A program made the position numbers and the translations under genes. A stretch of 64,000 nucleotides of DNA from Vicugna vicugna (lineage: Eukaryota): positions 1,063,308-1,127,307 of the forward strand of contig MU061578.1 of the NCBI GenBank assembly GCA_013265495.1, read 5' to 3'. A model generated the notes under the pieces. The model had not been told where the DNA came from and made no database searches. It saw only the letters and a program-made list of their open reading frames with translations. The number at the start of each line of letters is the position of its first letter. Position 1 is the stretch's first letter. Below, one piece after another: positions 47,586 to 60,137 of this stretch.

Positions 47586-49539
47586 ACCTAGGATGCCCTC
47601 AGCCAGGATAGTTCAAAAATGAGAATACTAATGAATTGCTTTTGATCCTTCTATTTAAGTTTAACTAAATAATAATTCCATTTGGTGACATGACCTCCCC
47701 ATCCCATTCCAACACATATTTGACTGAAAAATCTAAATATATGATGCCCAAACTTCTCCTATGCTATTTAAATTAGAAGATGTAAGGGTGGGACCCAGAC
47801 AGCTGAATTTTTACAGCTTAATAATTTCCAGGCAGATTGAAAACCCCTGGACTAGAGGCCCCTGGGGAGGGACAGCGAAGACCACAGGTGATGACCACTT
47901 CCATTAATTCACATGGGCAGATTTCAAATGTCACTGGAACTGCCAGCTACTTCTGATAAAGTAAGTGTACTGACATAAAATTGCTAAACTTTATTACTAA
48001 CATTTATCCAAACATATTCCATACTTTTTGCTTGAAATAAGGCTAAAATAAGCCATTTCATAATTGAATTATTAGTATTATGGACCTCTTCCCATTAGGT
48101 TATTATATTAAGCCAGTTCTTTAACTGAAACTTTTTAGACAAAGGAGAAGTCAGGGTATAAAATATTATTTGAAAATTTAGTTCCTGCAAAACCGAGAAA
48201 AATCAACTTAAGAAATCAATTGTTCATCCCAATGGTCATAAATTAAAAATACATACTAATTATTTATAGAATAGTTAAATTATGTACTTATAATTCATAT
48301 TATTTTATATTATTTTAGAAGTGCATAAGGCATCTGAAAAGTAATTAGGTGTTCTCATCCCAGTATATGTCCACTTTCAACATGATACTTTTAAACTCAA
48401 AGGTGGGCTGACCAACCAGTCATAAGAGGTGTATGGATTCTAATAAAGAATTGCTATTTGTAGAAAGAAAATACTCTTTTGGTTTAGGAAGTGCCCCCAT
48501 TTCTAGCAAACAAAACTAAAAATTACCAGGGATAAATTTTCTGCCTCTATCCAGCGTGCTTATTTACTGCCCTGCTGAGGGCAGAAACTGTATATTGTTC
48601 TGCACATTTCTACCCATTGCACATAGTGGAGAATGAATTCAACATTTCTATAGCTCTCAGGCATGGAACAGTAAAATGAATAGCATAATATGGAAGAACA
48701 CAGTTTGGGCATTAAACTGACCTGTTGGGGGCTTGGTGTCCTGCAAAATTCTTAGCTGAGTGAACTCACCTGCAAAATGGGAGTTCTTCTAAGTACCTCC
48801 TGTAGGTAAAGCATTTACACATAGTCTATCTTATTATAGTACTACATTACCAAAGCTAATTTATCATGGTTGAATAAAAATGACACTTCGGTTTGGTTTC
48901 TCTTTTCACCATCTATTAGTGTAGCCCACCAAAGACACCCACCAAACTCTGAAACCTTTCCTACTAGTGACTATCAATGTCTAGGCTCAGAGAAAAACCC
49001 TTTGACCTGCTCTGAGAATAGGAGGCACACATGGTCTCACCCAGACCTGTGGAGGCTCCCCTGGTGGTCTTACCTTCTCATTACTGCAATCTCAAACTTG
49101 AGTTCTTAGGCTGACCTGGCCATGAATGATAACCTTCTGGTCCTGACTGGTCTTCCCTGTCCTCTAACCCTTGGAGAAGTAAGAGACTTGACCTCATAGA
49201 GCTTGGTAGCTAGCCTCCCAGGCTGCTGCTGGTGTTTAAACAGAAATCTGCTCTTTGATCAGGCTTTATCCCACAAAAGTCTTCCTGGAAGGCGAATGGA
49301 TGGGAAATAGGCAGAGTGGCAGAAGCATGAACCAAAGAAGTCTGCACTGGGTAAGTGTGACCCTCACAGAAAGTTACCACAAATGAGAAGACTGGTTGGG
49401 CAAAACTTAGTAAGGATCCTGGACAAATGCCCTTATTAGCAAACCACTGAATAATGCCTATACGTGGAACACTGCAATCTTTCCTGGTGAGTACCTTGGA
49501 GAGCTCCTGGCAGCTGACACTGGTTCCTGCTTCCCACTT

Positions 49540-49750
49540 GAATAATGATTGCTATAGAGCACACGTGTATGTCAGGCACCAGGCTAAACCCAACACATTA
49601 TCTCATTTAATCTGCACAACAACCCTATGAGGAAGAAAGGTTTACAAGTGCTCAAAATTCATAAAAAGCACACAGTTCACACGTGGCAGAGGGTAGACTT
49701 GAACTCAGGCAGTAGAATGTAGGACACGAGCACCCAGGTGCATGACCACT
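49540..49750 (-). mobile_element. MIR
   Basis: tatgtcaggcaccaggctaa...cattatctcatttaatctgcacaacaaccctatgagg...gacttgaactcaggcagt. Confidence 0.8.
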
Positions 49751-52439
49751 GTGGGTGCTACCTCCCTGCCTTCCCTGGGCCTCATGATCGAAAGAGCTTT
49801 AGCACACGTTAGGTTGTCACTTCCCTGTGCTGTCAACTTTTCAAGGGGGACAACTCATTTTCACAGAGCTCTGGGTTGCTGCGTGCCCTAGCAGTTCAGT
49901 AAGAATGAACGAGGAAACTCTCATTGCTGAGAAATGTATTAATAATTGGGACTGACACAGAAACTACCTACACAACTGATGTGAGACTTGGTATGTGAGA
50001 CCTGTTTGCCTGTCAAATGCTGCATTATCACTTTAATTGCTGGGACTCACTGCACTCACGCAAAATAAACAAGAGCAAAGAAGAACTTGCAGTTCTTCGG
50101 GATCTACCTCTTCTCTGCTGTGGTCATTTCTGTGGCATTCTTTTGCCTCCAGCTGGGCTTCTGAAATGAGGAATCTTTTTTTAGCTGGAATATTCGCCAC
50201 CGCCTTTCATAATATCAGCTGGAAGGAGCGACACACGGTATTCAAACCTTGGCTTTGTGTCTTCGTGAGGAAATGTTAAATGACTGACAGGTTGGCTAAT
50301 AACGGCAAAAAATAAAATGCTGCCTCTCTCCATTTCCATCACAGAACAGAACCAGGACTTAGAAATCTCTCCAGCATCATATTGTTTTCTACCCATTTTG
50401 CAGCTGAGCATGCTAAGAGGTCAGTTCTTGTGGATTATTAAGTTAAATCAGGGTCTCTCTGAGAAGAGCAGTCAGATTTTCAGTTCTGAGCATCTTTGCT
50501 TTGTCAGATCTCACTTCTAGAAGATGTGACCATTCCAGTGGAATAACAAATTTCAATGGACAGTGAGTAACCACTGAAATTTCTAAGTATGTATATGGGG
50601 TGGAGGATAATTTAGAAAAACAAGAGAGTTAGAAGCTAGACTTCTCCTTTTATATTCTGGCCACCTTCCCTGAGACCTGCCAGGTGGCTGTGTGGCCCTT
50701 ATTCTGACAATTTCCAAACAATTTCTTGAACCCCTATGATGTGGAAAAAGGCTGTCTTAATCACACTTTCTAAAAGCCACAAGGAGCCCTTGTGGAGGCG
50801 TCAAAATATGAGCCACCATACAAAGTGCAGCAATCACATCAAAATCAACTAGTCACAACTCTTCTGGCCTCATGTTCAGAAACAGAGTGAACACATGCCT
50901 GATAGTCAGATAACACACCTGGTCAACTAATCTCTCCACTGGTGGAGTTGGAAAATAATGGATTATTTACTTACCTGGACAGGGACTCCTTTCTCATGTC
51001 TTTGAAATGCAAATTCATTTAGGTTTCCTAAGCACACATCCAATAGAATAGTCCCTGAAATGTACTCAGTCATGAGTGATGGAAAATGGAATGGGATGTA
51101 AACGTTCTTAGAGATCAAGGGATGATGGGGACACCAGAATGCCCATGAAGAATGTTCATGCTAGGGCTACTCCTGATATAGGAGATCAGATGTGAGCCAG
51201 GGAACTCCACCCAAAACCAGCATTCAAGATGATTCCGAGGCAGGCCCAGGGGCTAAAATCTGCAAAATACTGCCACAAATCATTTTCAAAGCATTTAATG
51301 GAAAGGTACGGGTAATAATCTTCAACTAGAAGGAAGATGAAGCAATAGTACCTTTGTAACTGATAGCGTTGCAGCTTCTAAGAGACACATCTGACATTAG
51401 GGTCGTGTCCAAAGTGGGCACACAAAGCAGAAATCACACATGCTCAAATCTTAGAGAACTGATTAGGAAGATACCATGTTGGTGACAATGCACCATCCTT
51501 CAAAAATTTGGAACTGACCCTTTCTTCATTATTATTATCATGTGTTGCTCTTTCTTTGGGTCACACAGATTAACCTGTGCTTAGGGCTATGTTGCATGAA
51601 TGACACACAATTTGAAAATGGAGTCACAGTCAGCCTCATGAGATCCAAGAGTCAGGAGAGATGGGTAGGGACTGGGGTCTACTGAGGGGAGCCATACTGA
51701 ATCATCTCTCTCTCACTCATTCAGTGTATGCCCTTGACTAATGCCAAGAAATCCCCTCCTGCACTTCTGTCGTTATGATTATTGGGAAGTAGGAGGAGGA
51801 GGAGTTGTAGGGTATGTAGAAATATTGGGTTTTATTGGCCTGCCATACACAATTGAATTATCTTAGGTTAAACGTGTGAAAGAGGTGACTCCACTAAAGG
51901 CATCTGAGTTTCAAAATGAAGCTTGATTGGACGAGACACACCACATTAACAAAAACCCATAGGACTCAGATTTAAAAAAAAAATCCCTAAAATAGCTACT
52001 GAAACCTATTGGGTTTCTATTTTTCAATCAAATGGAGTTCTCTTTGGTCAGAAAGTCTCTTTGTACAAATGCACTTGCTCTTTCAGAAACAATTAAAAAA
52101 AAACCGTGGTGGAAGGTCATGTTTTAATCTTACGAACACAGAGAACAATAATTAAATTATCCATCTGGCCTTCTGAAAGGAATGGAACGGTTCCAACACC
52201 ACTTTTATAAATTCTCTTCCTCGCATTTGCAGGGTGTACCCAGAGCAGGGATCTACAGCTGAGGAGCCCGTTCTGCTTTGAGTCTGACAAAGACAATCCC
52301 ATCAAGTGTGAAAAATCCACCACAGTATTCGTTCTGGAACAGCGAAGTCTCTCTATTCTGGGCCCTACAAAATGCCTAGTCTATCATATTTGTTTCCAAC
52401 AGCACATTACATTCTTTAACATACCTAACAGTTACTTTC

Positions 52440-52880
52440 AGGGGAAAAGGCATTTATAAATGAGCCTGGTTGCAGCACCCGACGGTCCCTTCCCCCCCCC
52501 CTCAAACTTTTAACTATGCTCATCAATTACTCTTAACGGTGCAAAGAGTTGGCAGTGTTTTTCTACCATCCTTTCTGAGTTACTCAGCTCGATCTTGCGG
52601 CTCATTAAAAGCATCTCTATTTATTTGCTGTGTGTTACAGTCCTTAACTTTGGCACAACACGCCAAAAGAAAGCCCATTTCACTTTTCCCTGTGGTGTTA
52701 ATTGGTAGAGCATGCTGCCTGCCTCTTCATTAATTATGTCAATGCGTATGAAAGTTCCATTTTCATGGGGGTGAATTAACAAGGCTTCTCTGAACGGGGC
52801 TGACAAAAAGCCAGCCTGACGGCCTGTGATGAGGGGAGTAATGAAGACTGCTGGAGGTCAGGACCACGGTCAGCGGCAGA
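52440..52880. promoter_or_regulatory. Candidate conserved non-coding element/enhancer
   Basis: Repeat-free with retained CpGs; CATCAATTA (52521), TTAATTGG (52698), ATTAATTA (52729), TGTCAA (52737); conservation not tested. Confidence 0.4.
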
Positions 52881-53342
52881 TGCTGGCTTTGTCTGGACCC
52901 GGAGCCCTTCTCACCTCTCCTTCTCTTGCGACCACCAGCAGGCAACAGGCCCTTTTGTGAAGCCGGGGATATCAACTCTGCTAGGGACAGCCCCTCTGCC
53001 TGCCCAGACCCCAGACATCAGATTGTGCTGAACATACTAACTGCGTGGGGCTGATGAAGGGAGGGGAGGTGGGCCGGTTCAAGCCCAACGAATGCAGTCG
53101 CGGCTTCTGATGCTCGCAGACAGGTTCCTGATTACCTCGCTGCAGGGGAAGCGAGAAAATAAAAGGCAATCCCTGCTGAAAACTCCTTTTTTTTATCACT
53201 CTGAGAGAGATGACTTGTGAAAGCCTCACAGCTAGACAGAGGCAAAAGAAACACGCGTGTGCACGCGCACGTGCGGACACACACACACACGCGGCATAAC
53301 CCTAAGAATCTTAAGCCAAATCACATCTTCTGTTTAACAAAA

Positions 53343-53377
<35 letters not shown>

Positions 53378-53421
53378 CCCCTCCCTCCATTTTTCTTTTT
53401 GTCTGGAAATAGTGATTACCT

Positions 53422-53900
53422 NNNNNNNNNNNNNNNNNNNNNNNNNNNNNNNNNNNNNNNNNNNNNNNNNNNNNNNNNNNNNNNNNNNNNNNNNNNNNNN
53501 NNNNNNNNNNNNNNNNNNNNNNNNNNNNNNNNNNNNNNNNNNNNNNNNNNNNNNNNNNNNNNNNNNNNNNNNNNNNNNNNNNNNNNNNNNNNNNNNNNNN
53601 NNNNNNNNNNNNNNNNNNNNNNNNNNNNNNNNNNNNNNNNNNNNNNNNNNNNNNNNNNNNNNNNNNNNNNNNNNNNNNNNNNNNNNNNNNNNNNNNNNNN
53701 NNNNNNNNNNNNNNNNNNNNNNNNNNNNNNNNNNNNNNNNNNNNNNNNNNNNNNNNNNNNNNNNNNNNNNNNNNNNNNNNNNNNNNNNNNNNNNNNNNNN
53801 NNNNNNNNNNNNNNNNNNNNNNNNNNNNNNNNNNNNNNNNNNNNNNNNNNNNNNNNNNNNNNNNNNNNNNNNNNNNNNNNNNNNNNNNNNNNNNNNNNNN
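53422..53900. other. Assembly gap (479 N) with a poly-T run on each side
   Basis: Direct reading; T runs at 53345-53373 and 53901-53920. Confidence 0.99.
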
Positions 53901-54397
53901 TTTTTTTTTTTTTTTTTTTTGCCTACCTCTCCGCTCAATTACCATGAAGGCTGGAAAGAGAGTGACACCTAGTTACTGTTCTACTGTTTTCTCTCTCAAA
54001 CATGCACCCTGATCTATGAGCTCGCTGGCGAGGATCAGATACAGGTTGCCATCTCTCTCTCTCTCTCTTTACTGTATCGTCGTCTCTCCATCTCCGTCTC
54101 CATGTCTCATATGACATGCAGATTGAAGGAGAGGGAGGGGAAGAACACAGAGACTGAGGAAGGCCTAGTTAGAGTATATGTTTTAATTGCTGCTTCCAGC
54201 CACAACTGTGGGAGGTAGAGGAGAGTGATGTGCAGGGGATTTAGCCAGCTTCAGGAAGAGAGGGAAAACGTAAGGCTTAAGCTCACTTTCCGACTCCCTG
54301 AGCAAAGGATCGTAGGGTTAGGAAGAGTCAGCAAGATGGGAAGATTTAGCCTGGCCTCTGAAGGTGGGGCGCTCCCGTCAGACTCATGTCACCCCTG

Positions 54398-54620
54398 ACA
54401 CACATACGAACATCCCTACACACACACACACACACATATATACATGTACAAATATATACAAACTCATATATATATATATATATACAAATACATGCACACG
54501 CAAGCACACAAACACCATATACACACACACACACATACATACACACAGATACACATTTATATGCACATAAAAACACACATATACACATATAGACAAACAT
54601 ACACGTACATACACACACAC
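54398..54620. repeat. (CA/TA)n compound low-complexity repeat
   Basis: Direct reading. Confidence 0.9.
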
Positions 54621-55239
54621 AGAGTCAGAGGAGATAGTGCAACAGGCTCTCCTGAGGTGAGCTATCCAAGATATCCAAACCCTGACTGTTAGGAAGTTCT
54701 TCCTGATGTCTCACTGCAGTCTTTCCTGCTGTGAAGAAAACTTTTTCTCAGAAGAAAGTGAACATCTACTCCACCAAATGCTCCTTCCCGGGGTTAAGAA
54801 GCAGGTGTCCATTTTCTCTTTTAAGCTAAGTCCTTGATTATACCCCAGGAAACAGCTATCTCATGATCCTTTTTATTCCTTTTGTGAGGGATAAAACCGA
54901 GGGTGGCAGATAAGGGGTTGGAAGTGGAGAGGCCGGTGGCTAACAGGTCCATACACCCCAGAAAATGCAGGTTCTGAAGATTCAGTGTTTGGCTTCAATC
55001 AGAAATCCTGTGGTACTTTTTTTTTTTAAACCTATGTGCACTGGGCACAGTCCTGAGTCCTCTGAGATTTAGCTTCTTTATCTATAAAATGAGAAAAAAA
55101 ATTACTGCATCACAGATTTATGGAACAGAATGAGCAAATGACGAGGACATAGGGAAAATTAAATATTTGTGAAAAAATAACAGCCGTCAACAACGGCTAC
55201 CCTAAGCATTTTATCCCAGCCCGAAGGAGACTCACATAA

Positions 55240-55420
55240 GACTAACACAGGTTTATGAAGTGCTCATTACATATTCGATGCTGGGCTAAACTCTTTACTC
55301 GCAGCATTACATTCAATTATCACGGTGACCTGTCAGGTCAAAGTCATTATTATTCCCATTGTACAGAAGAGAAAACTAAGGCTTAGACAAGCCACATAGC
55401 TGGCAGAATTCTTGCTGAGA
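55240..55420 (-). mobile_element. MIR (a forward MIR fragment also lies at ~55030-55170)
   Basis: cattattattcccattgtacagaagagaaaactaaggcttaga...gccacatagctggcaga. Confidence 0.75.
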
Positions 55421-55477
55421 GTCACCGGAGGAACCTGGACTTACTGATGCTCTTAACTGATAGGCAGAGAGTGGCAT

Positions 55478-56015
55478 GATTCACAACCCCCAAAAGTGGG
55501 AACTACCCACACGTCCACCAACGGGTGAACGGACAAATGAAATAAGGTCTGTCCATACAACAGGATCTTCTCTTGCAATACCCGGTACGATGTGGGTAAG
55601 TCTGGGGAAGATGACGCCCAGGGAAAGTGACCAGACACAAAAGGCCACCTATTGTCTGATTCCATTCATATGAATGGTCCAGAACAAGCAAACCGGCAGA
55701 GACAGAAAGGAATAGATGAATAGTTGTCTAGAGTTGAGGGGAGGAGAAAATAAATGCTCATCTGCTCAAGGATGCTTCGGGGGGCTTCCATATTCTTCCC
55801 TCCACCCCCAACTTTAATGAGGTATAATTGATACATAAAAGTTGTACATTATGTACGGTGTACAACAGGTTGATTTGATGTATATATGTAAACATTGTGA
55901 GAAGAAAATGATCTAAAATTGAATTGCAGTGATGGCCACACAACAAATATGCCAAGCAAACATTGGAAGGTACACTTAATTGTATGGGATGTGAATTATA
56001 TCTCAAAAAGTTTAT
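55478..56015 (+). mobile_element. L1MB-type 3' UTR, interrupted by an antisense L1MA-type 3' end
   Basis: ccagacacaaaaggccacctattgtctgattccattcatatgaa...agagacagaaag; resumes with ctaaaattgaattgcagtgatgg...gtgaattatatctcaaaaag. Confidence 0.85.
55805..55900 (-). mobile_element. L1MA-type extreme 3' end nested in L1MB
   Basis: aactttaatgaggtataattgatacataaaagttgtacattatgtacggtgtacaacaggttgatttgatgta. Confidence 0.75.
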
Positions 56016-56129
56016 TTCAACAACAACAAAAATCCTCTCTTGTTGTGAGACAAGCCAAGCAGACCACCCTGCTAATAATCTCACGTATGCAGGCATTAAA
56101 TGTGAGGAACATTTATCTACTTAGTTGTG

Positions 56130-56760
56130 CAGAGGTGAGAACCACCAAGCGAAGGAAACAGTGGAGAGAAATGAGGCTGGAGAGCAGAAATAAAGATCGT
56201 GCAGCACATGGGAGGTCCTGCAAAGGATTCTGGAGTTTATTTTCAGGGCTCAAAGAAGTGTGTCTTTGTGTATAGCGTTTGTGAGTGCTGGTATGTATAT
56301 ATGTGTGTTTATGGGTATGTGTGTGTGTTTATATGTATGTGAGTGTTTGTGTATATGTGTATGATGTGTGGTGGTGCATGTGCGTATTTTTCAGCACTCG
56401 GGGAAGCCTTTTTAAGTAATGCAGAGACGTGATCAGATTTGTATCAGAAAGCATAACTCTGGCTGCATAGGCTGGAGAGGAGGTAACAGAGCTCAGGGCT
56501 GAACAAGCAGAAGCCACAGTGGTTTCCTGTCTGAGAGAGAGGTGCGGTCTAGACCAGAGACGCAGTAGAGATGCTGAGGATGGACGGCCCTGAGGGGCAC
56601 GTCAGGACATGGTGATTTAGAGGATGGAGAGAGGAAGAAGAACTCGGGCTGCAGGAGAGAGAGGAGGCGTTGAGCTTGAACAACTGGGTCATGCCATTTG
56701 CTAATGGGGATCTTAGTCGTGAAACATATTTCCTGGGTAAGATCAGCATGTCAGTTGTGA
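56130..56760 (-). mobile_element. L2 remnant containing a (TG/TA) low-complexity patch
   Basis: gatcagatttgtatcagaaagcataactctggctgca...cttgaacaactgggtcatgccatttgctaatgggga. Confidence 0.65.
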
Positions 56761-57499
56761 AGACCTTCTTCCTCCTCTGAGATGTATAAGAAATTAAATC
56801 TCAGAAATCCTTTGGGGAAGAAGGGTTAGAACAAAATAGGATGAAAGACATACTCTTGATTATGTGAAGGGTCTATATCTGCTCCACGAGAAAGAGAACG
56901 CTTCCTTGCTTGAGATACATGGTCCGGGACCAAGAAAACAGGAGGGTGGTAGAGGAAAGAAGCAAAAAAAGACATTGCCTGTAGCAAGCTCAGAAGTTTC
57001 CAGATAGGATCCGGTTCCAGGCAAGGGGAGCAGGTCAAATTCTTCCCCATTTGCTCCTCAGGACAGTGGAGATTATTCTTGAACTAGACAGGGCAAACTT
57101 AGAATATTTTACTTTTTTTAAACAATGTGCCGTTTCTGAGTTCCTGCATGCCCTCGGGCTGGCAAAGCCCTCTAGCTGTCTTTGAGTCTGTTCCCCTGTT
57201 TCTAGACAGGACTTTTTCAACTCTCATCCATCAGGAATACTATTGGGAAAAACTGGCTTTGGCATTAAATAGTGCTAAGTTGGTTTATGGCTCTATCCTT
57301 TATACAGGGTGACATCTTGGGTATGTTCCCTGGTCTTCTGGAACCTCAGCTCCCTGATGCATAGAACAGGGCAAAAGCAGAGCTGTTAGGATGATTCCAT
57401 GAAGTAACCTATCTCAAGAGTCCACTCCAGGGCTTTCCACACTGTTGGCTTTTATTAAAGGTGACAATGATGACCATCACCATCCAAAGCAATTATTCA

Positions 57500-57650
57500 T
57501 CTTTTTTTGGTTTGTATGTTGGCATTAGGGGAAACCCATTGAGAATTAGAAGCCATGCCCCACACCCTCAGTAAATGCTCATGGATGAAAACTTTGGAGG
57601 GCCCTACTGAAATCTTACCCACGGACCACATTTTAATAATCTTTGATCTC
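57500..57650. mobile_element. MER103-like hAT remnant
   Basis: aacccattgagaattagaagccatg...cccacggaccacattttaataatctttg. Confidence 0.5.
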
Positions 57651-57653
57651 AGG

Positions 57654-57834
57654 TATTGGTTCTCAACTCTGGTTGCTCATTAAAATTACAAGGGGGAACG
57701 TAAAAAAGAATACTGATCATCAAGCCCTTTTTCCCTAAAAGTATCTTTCACTGGTTTGGGGTTGGACACAGAAAACATTCTTTCTTAAGGCATCCCAGGG
57801 GAGCCTAATGCACACCCTGAATGGAAAACCATTG
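57654..57834. mobile_element. MER5A/MER5B hAT MITE
   Basis: tggttctcaactctggttgctcattaaaattac...aatactgat...ctaatgcacaccctgaatggaaaaccattg. Confidence 0.75.
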
Positions 57835-57914
57835 ACAAAGGGGGAAACACAGCTGCTTCCTTTCCTCTGCTCAGGATATTATGCTGAGTGTCCTAGATTC
57901 TGGCAGTGTTTCAA

Positions 57915-58170
57915 GGTAGTTAGGAGCTCAGCCTCTGGGCTTCAAATGACTCACAAGCCATCCACTCTCAACCCGCATTAGCAGCATAATCTTGGCAAGC
58001 TATTCAGCTCTTTGGCTCTCATTTATTTCTCCCCATCTACAAAAGCAGGCGTGGGACAATCATACTTCTCTTCTAGGATTTTGGGGAGAATCAAATGACT
58101 CGTTCCATGAATGGGTCACAAAATACGGGTGGCACAGGAAGAGCTCAGTAATAGGTCGTATGTCACCATT
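57915..58170 (+). mobile_element. MIR
   Basis: gtagttaggagctcagcctctgg...atcttggcaagctattcagctct...ggcacaggaagagctcagtaatag. Confidence 0.7.
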
Positions 58171-59429
58171 ATTGCTTTCATTAATATTAAGGCCACCATC
58201 ATGACCATTATCTTAGCATCCCATCACTTTATCTTCAATAACTCCTCAAATATCATGTCACTTTTTTCTCTTTTGTTAAGCAGCTGATGAGAAAGCCTTA
58301 CACCAGAGTTTGCAGCCACCCAGGGGGTGTAAGACTCCTCGGTTTGAACAAGGTCAGCGTGCAGGATCTATCCCCAGTAGGTCCAGTTCAGTGGGACTAG
58401 GATGTGACCTGATAATACATGTTTTAGGGATCCTGGCAATTCTGAGAAACCCCACTCTAGAGTGTACCCAGATTTTAAATTCCCTACACCCTAAAGCAAC
58501 TTCTGCATAGAGTCAAGCACTCCCAGACACTTAAAATAGTGTGTGGGCAGAGGATGCTAATCAAATAGGCATTCCTCAATCATCAGACACTAGGGCCATT
58601 GATGCTACATCCAAAAGATTATTTTCCCTTAGGGTAAAGAATCATGCAGGTGTCAGGCAAGCAGAATCAAAGGGACCATATAAAAAAGTGGCTGATGTGA
58701 GGACAAAATTCAGCAGTTTCGCTCACTCCCTGGTTCCTTTTCCTTGACCCTCAAATGGCAGGTGTCACTGCTTCAGGCAGTCCTCCTGGATCAGCCACCA
58801 ATACCCGGTAATCATCCAGCCTTTCTTTTGGGACATTCTCTTTTCACTGTGATCATCAGCTAACCATCATTCCCTTGACTTGTCTGGAGCCTCCCTGGCC
58901 CTGCTTTTCCAGAAACAGTGACTCAGCCAGGCAAGGCAGGTTATTCGGGGTGGCTTGATGGGGGTGAGTGGGGGTGAGCAGAAGGGAGGAGGGGTGAGAG
59001 GGGAAGGCAATTTACGGCGTCTGTGGGTAGCTGGCTTCCCCCCACTGGCACATTTCTAATTTTATTTTGCTTGCATTTATATTAGGAAATGCTGCAACCA
59101 CCTCGTGCTAAGGGCGGGGGATGGACTGGAGGAAGATGTGAAGGCTAACAGCAGTTTGGAGACAAGGGGGCTTGGAACCCCCTCTGAGGTCTCCTTGGGC
59201 AGGCTCCTGCCCACCTGGCCTGGGAGCTGAAGAGGAAACAACTCCGTTGCCCCCCAGTGCAGGAATTACTATAACATGGGTTCTTGTTCATTTCTCTCCG
59301 GAAACAAAAGGAGGTAACTTCATGCTCTAGATTCCATCAACACTCTTTCTCTCTCATTTCAGATTCATGGAATGCTTTTTATATGGAAGATGCTCCCTGG
59401 GGCCTTCACTATTTCCTGTATCTATTAGT

Positions 59430-59698
59430 GATGAAGGCTTAGAGCCCAGAATTTGGAGCCTCTGACAGCTACCAGCCCCATGGTTAAAGCTTGTATCTGG
59501 AGCTCACACTGATCTAATTTTTAATCCAGTATGACCTTGGACATGGCATTTAACCTCCCTGAACCTCCTTTTATGTACTATGAAGATAATGGTTGGAATT
59601 CGAACGTTGTCACTAATATGTGTGAGCATCTTAGCAGCGTGCCTGACAGCTACCCAGAGCACAATAAAGAACAACAGTTGTCCTCATCATTATCATCA
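59430..59698 (+). mobile_element. MIR
   Basis: gtatgaccttggacatggcatttaacctccctgaacctc...gcatcttagcagcgtgcctgaca. Confidence 0.7.
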
Positions 59699-59699
59699 T

Positions 59700-60108
59700 T
59701 ACAATGGTCAACTTGATGTGTCACCCTGGTTAGGCACCTAGTGATTTGATCGAATACTCATGTCAGTGTTGCCTTGAAGGTATTTTGTGGATGGGATTAA
59801 CATCTTACCATCAATGGTCTTTAGGTAAAGGAGATTATCCCGGGAAATTTTAATGGGCCTGATCTAATCTATGAAAAAGCCTTAAGGGTGGAAATGAAGT
59901 TCCCTTGAAGAAGAATTTCACCTGTGGACTGCAGCCTCCTCTCCTGCCTGAGAGTTCATAGTCTGCTCTTCCTGGCAGTCTGCCCAATGGCTTTCAGACC
60001 TGTCTAGCCAGCACCCACAGTCAGGTAAGCAATTCTTCACAATAAGTCTCGCTTTCTCTTTGCATATAGCAGGTGTGCTTTCATTTTGTGGGGTTAGCCC
60101 CTTGACAT
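59700..60108 (+). mobile_element. MLT2D/MLT2E-like ERVL solo LTR
   Basis: atggtcaacttgatgtgtca...tgaaggtattttgtggatgggattaacatc...gtaaaggagattatcc...gcaattcttcacaataagtctc. Confidence 0.85.
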
Positions 60109-60137
60109 TTTCCATGGAAATGCGTTTGGGGGGCTGT

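Noticed and set aside
52700..52715. tggtagagcatgc resembling the SINE/tRNA A-box region
   Set aside because: No B box, head or tail around it; a chance short match.
53217..53972. ORFs of 182-251 aa
   Set aside because: They run through the N gap.
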